From: Prorocentrum cordatum | Taxonomy: Eukaryota | Length of the DNA: 64,000 bases | Reading direction: 5' to 3' | NCBI GenBank assembly: GCA_963575745.1 | Contig: CAUYUJ010000002.1 | Span: 868,001-932,000, forward strand | In this document: one piece after another, positions 49,312-61,900 of the stretch | Position numbering within the stretch: position 1 is the first letter of the stretch | Layout of the letters: every line of letters begins with the position of its first letter | Position numbers and translations under genes: made by a program | The notes under the pieces: generated by a model | What the model was told of the DNA's origin: nothing | The model's database searches: none | What the model saw: the letters and a program-made list of their open reading frames with translations, nothing else

Positions 49312-52300
49312 CTGCCTTCAAAGCCGCGGGGTCCACCGGCAGTAGTGCTTCGCGCACTTCGTCGTTATGGAAAAGAGCAACATATGAGTGGCCCCAACCC
49401 CTCCTCACGGGAATCCGCCGTCCTACTAATACCAGCAAAACTCCGCATATCTATCTCTACCTGGCGCGTAAGAGGTGGGGCTCGTCGAGCAAGGTGCCCT
49501 CGGGGACCCAGGGAAGGCGGGCCGTTGTCCAAGGGCCCCCAGAGGGCAGCAATGACCTGGGCGGGGGCCTCGGGGTCACGGACCATCTTCTGGGCCCAGG
49601 CGAACCTTCGGGAGGCCTGCGCGCACCTAGTAGGGATGGCCTCCGCTGTCTACGAAGAGCAGAATGAGGCAAGCTCGCAGGGTGCGCCCCCGTCCAGTCG
49701 GCAGCTTTCTCTCGCTCGAGCGTGCGCAAATACTTGGCAATGATGCTGTCAATCTGGTCAGTCATCTCTGCCGTGAAAGCGTAGGGCTCATTCGCCGATA
49801 AGCCTGCTTCGATCGCGTGCCCTTGAAACGATGGGATCTTGAGCTTACTCGATATTTTGCTTCTTCAAAACTTTCTCTATTTAGCCCATCCAGTTTTCAT
49901 TGCCGATCTCCTATATTGACATTCTCCCATAGTAGCTAGATTCCAAGCGCGGCGGCCTCAAAGATACCGAGCCCTCGCTAGTACTTCGCCCTCCGTGGTT
50001 AGTTCTCCGAATCGTTGTGTCTCTTGTTTGTTGTGAAAACTAGGCACGATGTTCCTCTTCTCCTTGTTGTGTAATAACTCCACTTCTCGAAGGGCGACGC
50101 CGAGATGTGCGTCGCTCTGGTTCGTGAGAAGGCGGGCCTCTCCGGCCTCTCCACCCGGCGCCGGTAGCTCATCGGAAATATCGTCAGCGATTACGCTAGC
50201 ACCTCCTTCGAGTTCCCTCGCGAAGATGCCGCGCTTCAGAGTAAAGCTGAGATGCGGCGGTCGGGCATTTCCCCACATCTCGAACGGTCGTTGCATGATC
50301 TTCGCGAAGGCAACTGGTTCTTCACTCGATCCCATCAGTCCCCCGCACCCGTGTCGCACTACCAGGTTCCTTTCATCTTCCCATGGCTCGCCCCCTCCTT
50401 CCGCGAAGCTCATGAAGATGGCTGCGCGCGCGCAGCTCGATGCAGAAAGAATGGAACGTCCTGCTCGCTAACTAGCTCTTGTGCTGCCTGCTGCCGTGCC
50501 TGCGGGGTGGTGGAGGCGAATGCATTCGACGCGTCGCGGAGGTTGTCGAGGTGGCCGAGATTCCTTCGGCGAGGACGAGCGCCCGCGCCAAGCTGGACTG
50601 CGAGGGCGTCTTCGCGCCGTCGCCCTGGTAAAAAAACCGCGGAGCTCTGCAGGCCAACTCGGGGTCCGTGACCTCGATCCCCTCCTCTCAGTGGTGCTCC
50701 GAAAAAAGCTGTTCCAGCGCGGGCAAAATGCGTGAATGAGTCTTTCCCCGCCAGGCCCCTGCATTCCATTCGGCTTGTTCAGAGGATGGCCCCACGAGAG
50801 GTGCCCAAGCTTGGGGGTTCTCTTGAGGCCCCGAGACTACCAATGAATAGCTCCGAGATGCTCGCTCGCCAGAGAAGGGGGTAGTTCGCCTACTCGTTCA
50901 GCGCCCAGCCCGAGTCTCGGCTCGTCGGCCTTCGAAACATAGCTGGCGTCTGCCGCCATCAGGAATATCTCCGATGACAAACTCCAGGGGGGGGGGGGGG
51001 GGGCGCGACGTTTTGGGCGCTTCTTGAAGAACTTCAATGTCTGCTGCGTGTCTTTTTTTTGGCCCAGTGCTCGTGCCGCTCAAGATCTTCGGGGCTGAGA
51101 TCGCCGATGGGTTAGGCGAGGGCTCGAGCTCTGCCGCAAAGTCGATCGCCAGGGCATCCATTCCGCCATTCTGCGGAAATTCTTCTAGGACATGTAGCCA
51201 CTCCTCTCTGTCAGAGCGCGGCTGCGGGATGCCATGCTCGCGCTTGCGAGGGCCGCCGCAGCGCTCAGCGAGCAAGAGAAAAACAAACCAAAACGATGCG
51301 CTTCGGCAAATCGGCGGAGTCGGGCGACCGCGTGCATGTCAATTTCGATTCGTCTCCGTCGGTCGGCACGTTCTTGTCGCATGAGTCGTCGGAGCTCCAG
51401 TCGGATCTCTCGAAGTTCGCTGTATTCGGGAAATCCGATCGAGTTGGATCTCAAAATCTCGGCACATTCGTAGCCCTGCCCCCGAAGTCGATCCCGAGCT
51501 ACCGCTCGTAGTCGTGCGAGTTCGTCTCGCCGGGCACGCGTGCGGCTGACCTCCGGATGAGCTTCCTTGGGCCTAGCCAGAAAAACCACGCCGTGTCTCT
51601 AACCAGCGTGGTCCACCACTGCCGGCAGGCGTCCAAATCTCCACTTTGCCTATGTCGGTCTAACTCTTGGCGCTCCCGAAATTTGTTCCCAAGGCCTCCC
51701 GGAACTCGAGTCGATTGGCTCCTTCTTGCAGAGCAAGCGCGATCCTGTCACGGCCCCGACGCTGTTGGGTGGTCTCCGGGGCCATGTGTTAGTAAGCAGC
51801 GAATTCCAGGATAATGGGGGCGTGCTCGCGTGGTCTAGCATCGGGCATGACTTGCAGCCGCCTGGCCGCCTTCCAACGAATCGGACACCTCCGAACTTGG
51901 TCCAATCGGCCCATGGGGATCAGGATGTGGTCCACCGTGCTCGCGGCCCCGTCGAGGCCAAAGTAGGTAGGGCCCGCCTGAGGGTAGAAGGAACCCACGT
52001 CCATGACGTCATGGGGAATAACCAGCTCATCCCAGATCATGTCCCCGACGAGGGACTGAATGCCAAGATGGTGCTCGCCTGCATTCGGGATCTTCTCGGA
52101 GCGCCTCAGACTCAAGGTTCCCGAGGATATCGGAACCCGTTGCGGTACCCGAAGCCATAGTTTAAATCCCCAGGGGCGATGGGTGTAGAGCGTGACGGCG
52201 TCTGTTTGGAACGATCAATAATGATTGTTGCGAACTCCCTCGATCCCTTCTCTGATTCTTTCATTTTTTTCGCATGTTCGTCCTTGATCGGTGGCAGGTA

Positions 52301-52670
52301 TGCCAACATGAAGGTGAGGTCGGACGATCCTTTGGCAACTCTGACGGCGAGACCACGTCCCTTGGCACACGAAGGTGGCGCATGAATCTCACGTGCGCGT
52401 TTCCGTTCGAATCTTTTCCCAACCATCAACATGCATCCAACTGCTCTGTTACTGAACGGTGCAATCTCCCATCCTGCAAAAATAGAGGATCCTCGCTCCT
52501 GTGCGACTTCTTGAACAGGTCGGTCTGCCTGTGCCCTGACTGAGTCTAGTACCGGGCAACGCTACGATATCCAGATTCAACTCCTTCCATCTCTGTTGTG
52601 TCCTGCCTACTTCAATCAAGGACAACGGGTTGTACAACGCACGTCTGACAAAGGATGGCACCATAGGCCC
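49312..52670 (-). mobile_element. Duplicate of the decayed LINE ORF2 segment
   Basis: ORF translations identical to those of 30213-33570 at offset 19099. Confidence 0.7.
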
Positions 52671-54009
52671 TTGTGGGCGAGCGCGGGCCCCTGGCTCCTC
52701 GCCCCGAAGAGCTCTGGGTGGGCCCAGAAATTCACGAAGTGTGTAAGGTCATGGTGCAGTGCGTGGATGCCGCGCGCGGAAAGGGGTGATTCCTGAAGCG
52801 GCTAGAAGGGAGGAGGGGGAAGAGGGTGGTTTCGAATTTGTCTTTGACAGCGGTTGATCACTCAGGAACGATGGGCCGCGGTTAGTTGGAATGTGATAGC
52901 GGGCCCAATGTAGACATTGCAGGCGCGTGTCGCTCAACGACTCCGCCGTCTAGGAACAATGATATTGTGGAACGACCAACCGTGGTCCGTAACTCCAGGG
53001 GAACCAACCGTGGTCGGGATCTCCAGGAGACCGTGCACCAAGCCCCCGGCTGGTTTTCCGCGCGAGATCACTTCACCGCTCCCGCATGAATCCGTTGTCA
53101 GCATCACTCAATAACTGAGGCAAATCATCATCCACTGGGAAGGGAAACCACGGCTGGACAATGAGGCAGGGAGCGCGCACGCTTGCTTGAACTATGTGAA
53201 GATCGCACTCGGTCAATCAAGGGTGTCGGATACAGTCGGGCGGGTGCTAATGGGGGGTGGCCCAAATGGGGGGTGAACTTGTGGGGTCAAAGGCCCGGAT
53301 AGCAGGGCGCAAAAAGGACGTGGAAAGACCTGTCGAAGAACTCTGGAAAGAGATTCCGAAAGACCTTCTGAAGAACTTCCAGGCACCCGTATTGGGAAAC
53401 GCTTAGAAAAAAACCTCTCGGGACCCGCTGAATGCTCAAGCAAGTCGCGCCGATGCTTTTTCACGGAAGACAAAACGACCTCCGGGGCTATCCTGCGGCT
53501 CTGGCTTCTTAATATGGAGCCTTCTTCTTACGATCCATCCAGGAAGAAGTGGGCCCTAAAGGGACCCCTTCGGGCCCCTTCTGGAACCAGCAAGTGCCCG
53601 AAAAGGCCCCTTTGGGGCTCTTTCCTTCACCCCCAATTAGCGTCACCCCCCATAGCGATGAGCCGAGGTCGGTAGTCGGTTGGCCATCTCCCACGAATGA
53701 CAGGCCACAGTTGTGAGTCAGGGGGGGCCGCCTTCTGGGCCGCCACAAGTTACTTCGACGGAGACACACACTGGGTACAATGGCTGGCATGGGCCCCATG
53801 GGCTGCATCTTCTTTTGAATCGCCAACAGCGGCTGGCTACTCCCAAGGAGCGGCCGACCGCAATTCTTTTTTTTAAACCGTCCCGTGGTGTTGGGTCCTT
53901 GTTTTGGGAAAGCGGTCCCCGCGTTCCTTCCCTCCCTCCTCCCTTCTTTCCTCCCCCCCCTCCTCCCTCCTCCCATCCCTGCCTCTGCTCTGCGCATGTC
54001 CTCGTCGTC

Positions 54010-56645
54010 GTTCGTGGCCCCAGAAGGAGCTCCACCGAAGGCCCCAGTGGCGGTGCCCACATGCGTTTCCCCCATCATGCACGGCGCTTCGTGGCCCCAT
54101 AAGGAACTCCACCTGATGCCCCCCTGGCGGTGTGCACACGCGTTTCCCCCACCCAGCACAACGCTTCGGGGCCCCAGAGGGAGCTCCACCTATGGCCAAA
54201 ATGGCGGTGTCCTCATTCGTTCGCCCCACCCAGCACGGCGCTTCGTGGCCCCATAGGGAACCCCACCTAAGGCCCCAGTGGCGGTGTGCACAGGCGTCTC
54301 CCCCACCCAGCACAACGTTTCGTGGCCCCATACGGAGCTCCACCGAAGGTCCCAGTCGCGGTTTCCCCCACCCAGCGCAACGTTTCGTGGCTCCATAAGG
54401 AGCTACCGAAGGCCCCAGTGGCGGTGTCCACATGCGTTTCCCCCACCCAAAACAGCGCTTCGTGGCCCCATAGGGAGCTCCATCGAAAGCCCCACTGGCG
54501 GTGTCCACATGCGCTCCCCCATTTAGCACGGCGTTGCGTGGCCCCAGAAGCTCCGCCTAAGGCCCCAGTGGCGATGTCCACATGCGTCTCCCCCACCCAG
54601 CACAGCGGTTCGTGTCCCTATATGGAGCTCCACCGAAGGCCCCAATGGCGGTGTTCGTATGCGTTTCCCCCACCCAAAACAGCGCTTCGTGGCCCCAGAG
54701 GGAGCTCCACCTAATGCCCCAGTGGCGGTGTCCACATGCGTCTCCCCCACCCAACACAGCATTTCGTGGCCCTGTAGGGAACTCCACCAATGTCGCAATG
54801 GCGCAGTCCACATGCGTTTCCCCCACCCAGCACAACGCTTCGTGGCCCCAGGGAGCTCCACCGAAGGTCCCTGTGGCGGTGTCCACATGCGTCTCCCCCA
54901 CCCGGCATTGCGTTTCGTGGCCCCATAGAGAGCTCCACTGGAGGCCGCAATGGACCCGTTCACATGCGTTTCCCCCGCCCAGTACAGCGCTTCGTGGCCC
55001 CATAGGGAGCTCCACCGGAGGCCTCAATGGCACCGTCCACATGCGTTTCCCCCACCCGGCACTGCGTTTCGTGGCCCCGTAAGAAGCTCCACCTAAGGCC
55101 CCAGTGGCGGTGTCCGCATGCGTCTTCCCCACCCAAGAAAACGTTTCGTAGCCCATACGGAGCTCCACCGAAGGCCCCAATAGAACCGTTCGCATGCGTC
55201 TTCCCCGCCGCGTTTCGTGGCCCCATAAGGAGCTCCACCGAAGGCCCCAATGGACCCGTTCACGTGCGTTCCCCCCACACAGGACAACGTTTCGTGGCCT
55301 CAACAGGACTTCGACCAAAAGCCGCAGTGGCCCACCCAGTACAACGTTTCGTGGCCCCACATCGAGCTCCACCTACAGGCCCAATGGCAGTGTTCGTATG
55401 CGTCTCCCCCGCCCAAAACAACGTTTCGTCGCCCCATAGGGAGCTCCACTTGAAGCCCCAGGTGGCGGTGTTCGCATGCGTCTCCCCCACACAGCACAAC
55501 GTTTCGTGGCCCCACACGGAGTTCCACCCAAGGCCCCCGTGGCGGTGTTCGCATGAGTCTCCCTTGCGCAGCACAGCGTTTCGTGGCCCCACAAGGTGCT
55601 CCACTCCAGGCCTCAGTGGCAGTGTTCGCATGCGTCTCCCCCTCCCAAGACAACGTTTCGTGGCCCCACATCGAGCTCCTCCTCAGGCCCGAATGGTGGT
55701 GTTCACATGCGGTCCCTCCGCCCAAGACGACGCTTCGTGGCCCCATAGGGAGCTCCTCCGGAGGCCCCAGTGGCGGTGTTCGTATGCGACTCCCCCCTCC
55801 AGAACAGCGTTTCGTGGCCCCACAGGGAGCTCCACCGGAGGCCCCAGTGGCGGTGTTCGTATGCGTCTCCCCCACCCAGAACAGCGCTTCGTGGCCCCAT
55901 AGGGAGCTCCACCCAAGGCCCCAGTGGCGGTGTCCACATGCGTTTCCCCCACCCAGAACAGCGCTTCGTGGCCCCATAGGGAGCTCCACTTGAAGCCCCA
56001 GGTGGCGGTGTTCGCATGCGTCTCCCCCACACAGCACAACGTTTCGTGGCCCCACAGGGAGTTCCACCCAAGGCCCCCGTGGCGGTGTTCGCATGAGTCT
56101 CCCTTGCACAGCACAGCGTTTCGTGGCCCCACAAGGTGCTCCACTCCAGGCCTCAGTGGCGGTGTTCGCATGCGTCTCCCCCTCCCAAGACAACGTTTCG
56201 TGGCCCCACATCGAGCTCCTCCTCAGGCCCGAATGGTGGCGTTCACATGCGTTCCCTCCGCCCAAGACAGCGTTTCGTGGCCCCTTAGGGAGCTCCACCA
56301 GAGGCCCCAGTGGCGGTGTTCGTATGCGACTCCCCGCTCCAGAACAGCGTTTCGTGGCCCCACAGGGAGCTCCACCGGAGGCCCCAGTGGCGGTGTTCGT
56401 ATGCGTCTCCCCCACCCAGAACAGCGCTTCGTGGCCCCATAGGGAGCTCCACCCAAGGCTCCAGTGGCGGTGTCCACATGCATCTCCCCCGCTGAGGACG
56501 GCGTTTCGACGCCCCGCAGGGAGTTCCACTTGAGGCCCCAGTGGCGGTGTCCGCATGCGTCTCCTCCACCCAGGACAACGATTGGCGGCCCCACAGGGAG
56601 CTCCACCTGGGTGGAGCGACCTGCGGAGCCGCCTCGTGGCCCACA
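54010..56645. repeat. Satellite with a unit of about 77 bp (TTCGTGGCCCCATAGGGAGCTCCACC..GGCCCCAGTGGCGGTGT..ATGCG) and a 540-bp higher-order repeat
   Basis: Over 30 degenerate units; 55432-55971 closely matches 55972-56510. Confidence 0.9.
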
Positions 56646-57435
56646 GAGGGAGACACCCTCACACATTTCGCGGCCCCCCCCAACGAAGATTAGACACGCG
56701 ATCGCGGTACCTACAGCTGAATATGGTTGGGTCCTTCGCCAAGCTAATTTTCACCCGGGGGGCCCCGACAATCCCACCAGCCCTTTGGGCTAAGGTGGTC
56801 TAGCGAGTTCTTCCGTTCCTCTGCCAAAAACCATCCTCTCCCCCTCCCCCTCCCTGAGGCTTTTTGCGGGGCGCGGGGTGTGAGGGCGCCCAAGATGGCT
56901 CCAAGAGGGCGTCCGATGCTCCAGCATGGCTTCCAAAATAGCCGACGATGGTTCAACATAGCTCCCGACATGCCTCCAAGAGGCCCGACGAGGGCCTCAA
57001 GACGGTTCCAGGTGCCCTCGGAAATTTTGATGGCCTCATGGGGGGGGCGCAAACTTGGCCCCCCTTTTAATCGGGTGGCTCCAAAGAGGCTCCAAAGAGG
57101 CCCTCGGGAGGCTCCCAGGAGGCCCCAACAGGGCCCCAAGAAACCTTTTCCTCCTCGTCCTCATTTTAGGCTCCCCAGAGACCCTCGGGAGGCTCCCAGG
57201 AGGTTCAACAGGACCTCAAGAAACCTTTTCCTCCTCGTCCTCATTTTCTCCTTCGTTCTCTCCCTGTCCTCCTCCTCCTCCTCCTCGTCCTCCTCGTCCT
57301 CCTCCTCCTCCTCCTCCTCCTCCTCCTCGTCCCCCTCCTCCCCCTCCTCCTCCTCCTCCTCCTCCTCCTCCTCCTCTTCCTCCTCCTCCTCATCAATCCT
57401 CCTCCTCTTCCCCCTCCTCCTCCTCCTGCCCGTCG

Positions 57436-57457
57436 TCCGTAGCCATTCTGGCTCAAG
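57436..57457 (+). other. Dinoflagellate spliced-leader sequence at the 5' end of a LINE
   Basis: TCCGTAGCCATTCTGGCTCAAG, 21/22 to DinoSL. Confidence 0.9.
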
Positions 57458-57600
57458 ACTCTTGCACTTGGGGGCTCCGCGCATCCGTGCCTGACTGGAA
57501 GCTGCTAGTCCGCAGCCGTGCCAAGGCGCTTGCGCTCGACAGTGTTTCAGCCAGTACCGCAGGGGCTCTCTGGCGGCCCAGTTTTGTTCAAGACGACGCC

Positions 57601-58683
57601 ATGGTGCCTGCGCCGTGGTCCAAGGAGCAGTCCAAGGCAGAGTGGATGTGCAAGTTCTGTACGTTTCGTCGCACTGGCAACTACGGTGCCAATGAGAAAT
57701 GTTACACGTGCAAGGTGCACAAGGGAGCAGCTTTCAAATGCAACGTGCCAGCTGACCTCCCCAGCCGCAACAAACGTCGTGCTGAGCCAGGGCCAGGGTC
57801 CGACACAGGTTCAGCATCAGCCATGGCCAAGCTGGAGAAGCGTCTGCAGCTTCTGGAGGCCGAGAATGTGCGGCTCAAGGCAGGAGGCGGTCCCGCTGAT
57901 CCTGCCACCGAGTCCAATGAGTCAGAGGAGCTACGTGAGGAGATCGACGGGCTGGTCAAGCATGTGCAGTGGCTGGAGTCCCTACGCCAATCATGGACAG
58001 CTTAGCCATTACAGCAAGCTCGTGAGCAGCTGGAGGCAGCTCGTCGCAAGCTATATGATGGAAAGCCCCTTCCAGCGAAGCTTACGGCACTTTCGCGCAG
58101 AGCTGAGCAAGCCCGCAGCAGGTTGCAAAAGGCTGAGCAGGAGAAAGCAGAGGCAGACAAGGTGGTGGCAAAGGCCCTTGAGGCCGCAGCCGCTGCCAGC
58201 AGGTTGGTGGAAGAACGCACGAAGGCGGTCGAGGATCTCGACCAGGAGTTGCGAGCGCTCTCTGCACAGCCTGCACCAGAGCCGCAGGCTATGGACCTCA
58301 CGGGGCCTGCGTTCAACGTCGACGGGTCGAAGCTGCTGGCGGAGCTGCGCGGCGTGGGCGGTGTCCCAGACGCCGCTGCGCTGGCGCCCAAGCTGGCGGA
58401 GGCGCTCAATGCTCGTGCTGCTGAGTTCCTGGAGGAGCCACCTGAGAAGAAGGCCCGCCTCCAGGAAGACGCTGCTGATCCTAATGGGGAGAAGACCGTC
58501 TGGAAGCCTGGCGACATGGAGGTGGAGGCCTTGCGCGCTGACATCGGCGAGCTGGCCCCCACGAGCGCGGAAGAGGCTGATCTACGTGCTCAGGCGAAAT
58601 TATTGACAGCAAATGGTTTCCTTCCTAGGCGTTTTCACAATCCGATAGAGTGGCGGCCCCCTCGTGTACTCGTACGCGGCTAA
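57601..58683 (+). pseudogene. LINE ORF1-like protein: RanBP2-type zinc finger plus coiled coil, frameshifted near 57990
   Basis: WMCKFC..N..KCYTC followed by heptad-rich EKRLQLLEAEN.. and AEQEKAEADK.. segments. Confidence 0.65.
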
Positions 58684-58979
58684 AGGGGGCTTTCACAATC
58701 ATCGAAAGAATACCATTACATACGGCGGCTTGGCGCTTCCCGACTACAACTGCCTCAACCTCTGCGAATATTTGAACGGGGACGTAGCCGACGAGTCGCC
58801 AGCGTCACCCGTGCACTTCGTCAGTCTCGCAGGAGAAGAACGTCAAGATCTACACAACCATGGTGTTGCTGATGAGCCCGTTTCTGCTCTCGTTCCAGCA
58901 GCACGAGGAAGCAGTTCTGCAGCTATTGCTAGGTTGCGTTGGGCTGGTGACACGCAACCGATTCAATTGTTTGGTGTGA

Positions 58980-61900
58980 GTTCGGATTTCACCGTCATCA
59001 GCTACAACGCTAATTCGTGGGCCACGGCCCAATCGTTCACGGGGTGGCGCGTCCTAGATCAGAAGTTGCAGGCCGATACTTTCATTCTGCAGGAGCTTCG
59101 CCTTGCAACAAGTGAGTATATACGCAGAGGGCAAGCTTGGGCGAGGAACCGCGGCTACCGCTTGGAGGCCTCGCCGTGCGCCATCACTGGGGTCTCGGCG
59201 CTGTCCACCTCCAGCGGGGTAGGCCTGTGCACGCGAGCGCGCGCTCCAGTTGCTGAACACAACCCAGCGTATTCGCATTCCAAGAATAGGTTGAAGTTTC
59301 AGCGTGCTGTCCTCGGCGATATGCAAATTCTCGACGGTTCTGTCTACGGGGGGGTGGGGGGTGGGCCTTGGAGGCAACGCGGAGCTCATGGGAGCTCTTG
59401 TCGAGGCTGTTAGAGCCTCCTGTCTGCCTTTCATTATCGCTGGGGATTGGAACCTGGAAGCCGAACTATTTGGCACAGGCAATTTGTAAGGTTGGGTGTT
59501 CTTAACTTGCTGCACGCCGAAGTAGCGCATGCTGGTCAGCCCACGTGCAACAACTCATGTATCGACTTTTTCGTCGTCGGTGACGTGCTGATCCGTTTTG
59601 TCAGGGAAGACTGTCTTCGGGAGGACACCCCTGTAGGGCCCCACAAGGCGCTCGTCCTTCGTTCGTCTGGGGTGGGCAGCCACAATTTCATATGCAGGCG
59701 AATTCGGCTGCAGGCGTTTCGGCTTCCCAAGAAGAAGGACGCGTTCGTCCCTGGAGATGTCTCTGGCTGGCCAGCTTTCGATTTGCTTGACGGGGAATCG
59801 GTGGATGTCCTTGCGCGTAGGCGGTTCTCATCTGCTGAGCGTTTCTTGTGCATGTATACTGCGCTCCCTGCGCACGACTGGCCGAGGCCTTGTGGTAGAG
59901 CTGAAGGTTGCCGCCTGGGAAAAAGTGCCTCTCTCGTGCGCCTGGGGGAAAAGTGTTCGGCGCAAGGCCAGTGCTGAGACTCAGAAGTGCCTCGCTCTAC
60001 GGAGGGTCACGATGCAGTGGCTTAGGGCGCAGGGCTCCACCGCCCCCGACAAGCAAGCTGCGATCAGCAACGCTGTTGCACGCATGGAGGAGGTCGGGAG
60101 TGTTTGGACGGGTTCGGAGGAGGAGGAGGAAGACGACAGCTGTTGTGCTAATAGGTCGTCTGCCTCGCACGCCGCCTTCCTTGCTCGTCTGGAGGATCCC
60201 GCTACCAAGGTTGAGGTTTGTGACGTTGTCCAGGAGCGTGTGCAGCAGCAGACGAGGAAGGATGCGTCGGCAGCTAGGCAGAACTGGAAGGAATTTTCGG
60301 AGCTGGCGTTCCAAAGAGGGGGAGGTGTTGCTCACAAGTATTCCCGCGGACCCCAGGGTAATTCCCAACCAGTGCTTGCTGATTCCTTGCCTGTTGTGGG
60401 GCACGAGGCCCTGAAGGCCATGCTGGGCACCTGGGTCTCGCTGTGGAAGTTGCCGTCCGAGATTGTGAATCCCACCCCCTCTCGCGGGATGTTTCAGGTG
60501 CTGCTCCCCTTCCCGCTTTGGAACCAGAAGCCGTCGAGGCAGCCCTCCTATCCTTCGAGCCCAACGCTGGGCTAAGCTGGGGCTTATTTCACCCCAGGTG
60601 GATCGAGAGTCTGCCCGGGTCTTTGACAGCGGCCTTGGTAATGATTCTCCATCGGTGGGAGGCTGAGCCTGAGCTCACTGACATTTGGCTCGTCCTCATT
60701 GTATTTCTCCCCGAACCCCAGGGGGGGCGGCCTATCGGCCTTCTACCGCTTTTCGCTAGGATCTGGTCTAGGCTCAGACAGAAGGAGGTTGCTAAATGGG
60801 AGCCCAAGTTGCCCGACAGGTTTCTCTGGGTCCACAACACCCTCGCCGCTGTGGCTCCCCAGTTAGGCTTTGCCAGTTTCAGCGCCATTGTTGATCTTAG
60901 GACGTTTTATGACATGGTTAGCTATGCCGAACTCCTGTGTGCAGCTAGGAACACAGATTTCCCCCTAGCCCTCTTGAGACCTCTTTGCGCCCTGTATCGA
61001 GGTCCCAGGCGGGCCGTGTATCAGCAGTCGGTTTCGCATGTGATACATGCCAAAGGGTCTATCATAGCTGGATGTTCTTGTGCAACGGGGCTCGCTAAGT
61101 TGATGACGATTACCACGTTGAGGAGCAACGGTGTCAAATGCAATTTGATTAGGATAAAGAACCTCATAGACGATATCAGCCTCCACGTCATAGGTGGGTC
61201 CATTCAGGTGGCCGAACAAGCGATCACTGGGTTGACAATGCTCCTTGAGGGCATGCAGGGCCGCAAGTTACCGATCTCTTGGGATAAGTGTGGGGTGCTG
61301 TGTAGCGATGAGGCCGTTGTCAAACAGGTGCGGGCCTACGTTCGAGATCTATGGCCTGATGATACTCCCTTTCCTGTCAGAGGAGCCTATCATCGTGATC
61401 TGGGAGGTGATGCTATTGATGGGAGGATGAAGAGAATTACCACTCAGGTTTCGAGGATCTCGGAAGCCCTTCAGCGCGGGGTTCGTGTGAAAGCTCTCCA
61501 AGGCTTGGGTCGGCAAATGTCTGCCGTGCATCGTGCTGGAATCTTAGCCAAGTCACTCTGGGGTTCCAGCGTCCATGGGGTGGCCAGCTCCAGGATTTCA
61601 ACCCTTAGGATGTCGTACTTGAACGTTGGCAAGTACAAGCCAGGTGCGTCTGTCGGTCTTTCCTTGCTCACGGCAGAGAGTGGTTGGCAGTAGGACCCCC
61701 TGGTGATTGCGACGGTGGACGCCGTCCACACCTTTGCAGTGGCCGTGGATTCGCAGGCTGTCACATGGATGGTCGTGGAAAAGCTGCTCAAAGAGGCGAG
61801 ACAGTTGCTCTTGGATCCACAACGCTGGGCTAAGTGCAAAAACCCGTTCGCGGCCCTCCTCCTCTCGCCCCGCAGAATTGGGTGGTCATGGGAGGACGTT

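Larger units (their letters stand above)
38050..54300 (+). repeat. Near-identical duplicate of 18649-35210 (transposon minus left end, plus LINE flank and satellite start)
   Basis: Collinear ORF tracks at offsets of about 19400 to 19100. Confidence 0.95.

Noticed and set aside
53873..56793. Many overlapping ORFs up to 418 aa
   Set aside because: Translations of the 77-bp satellite
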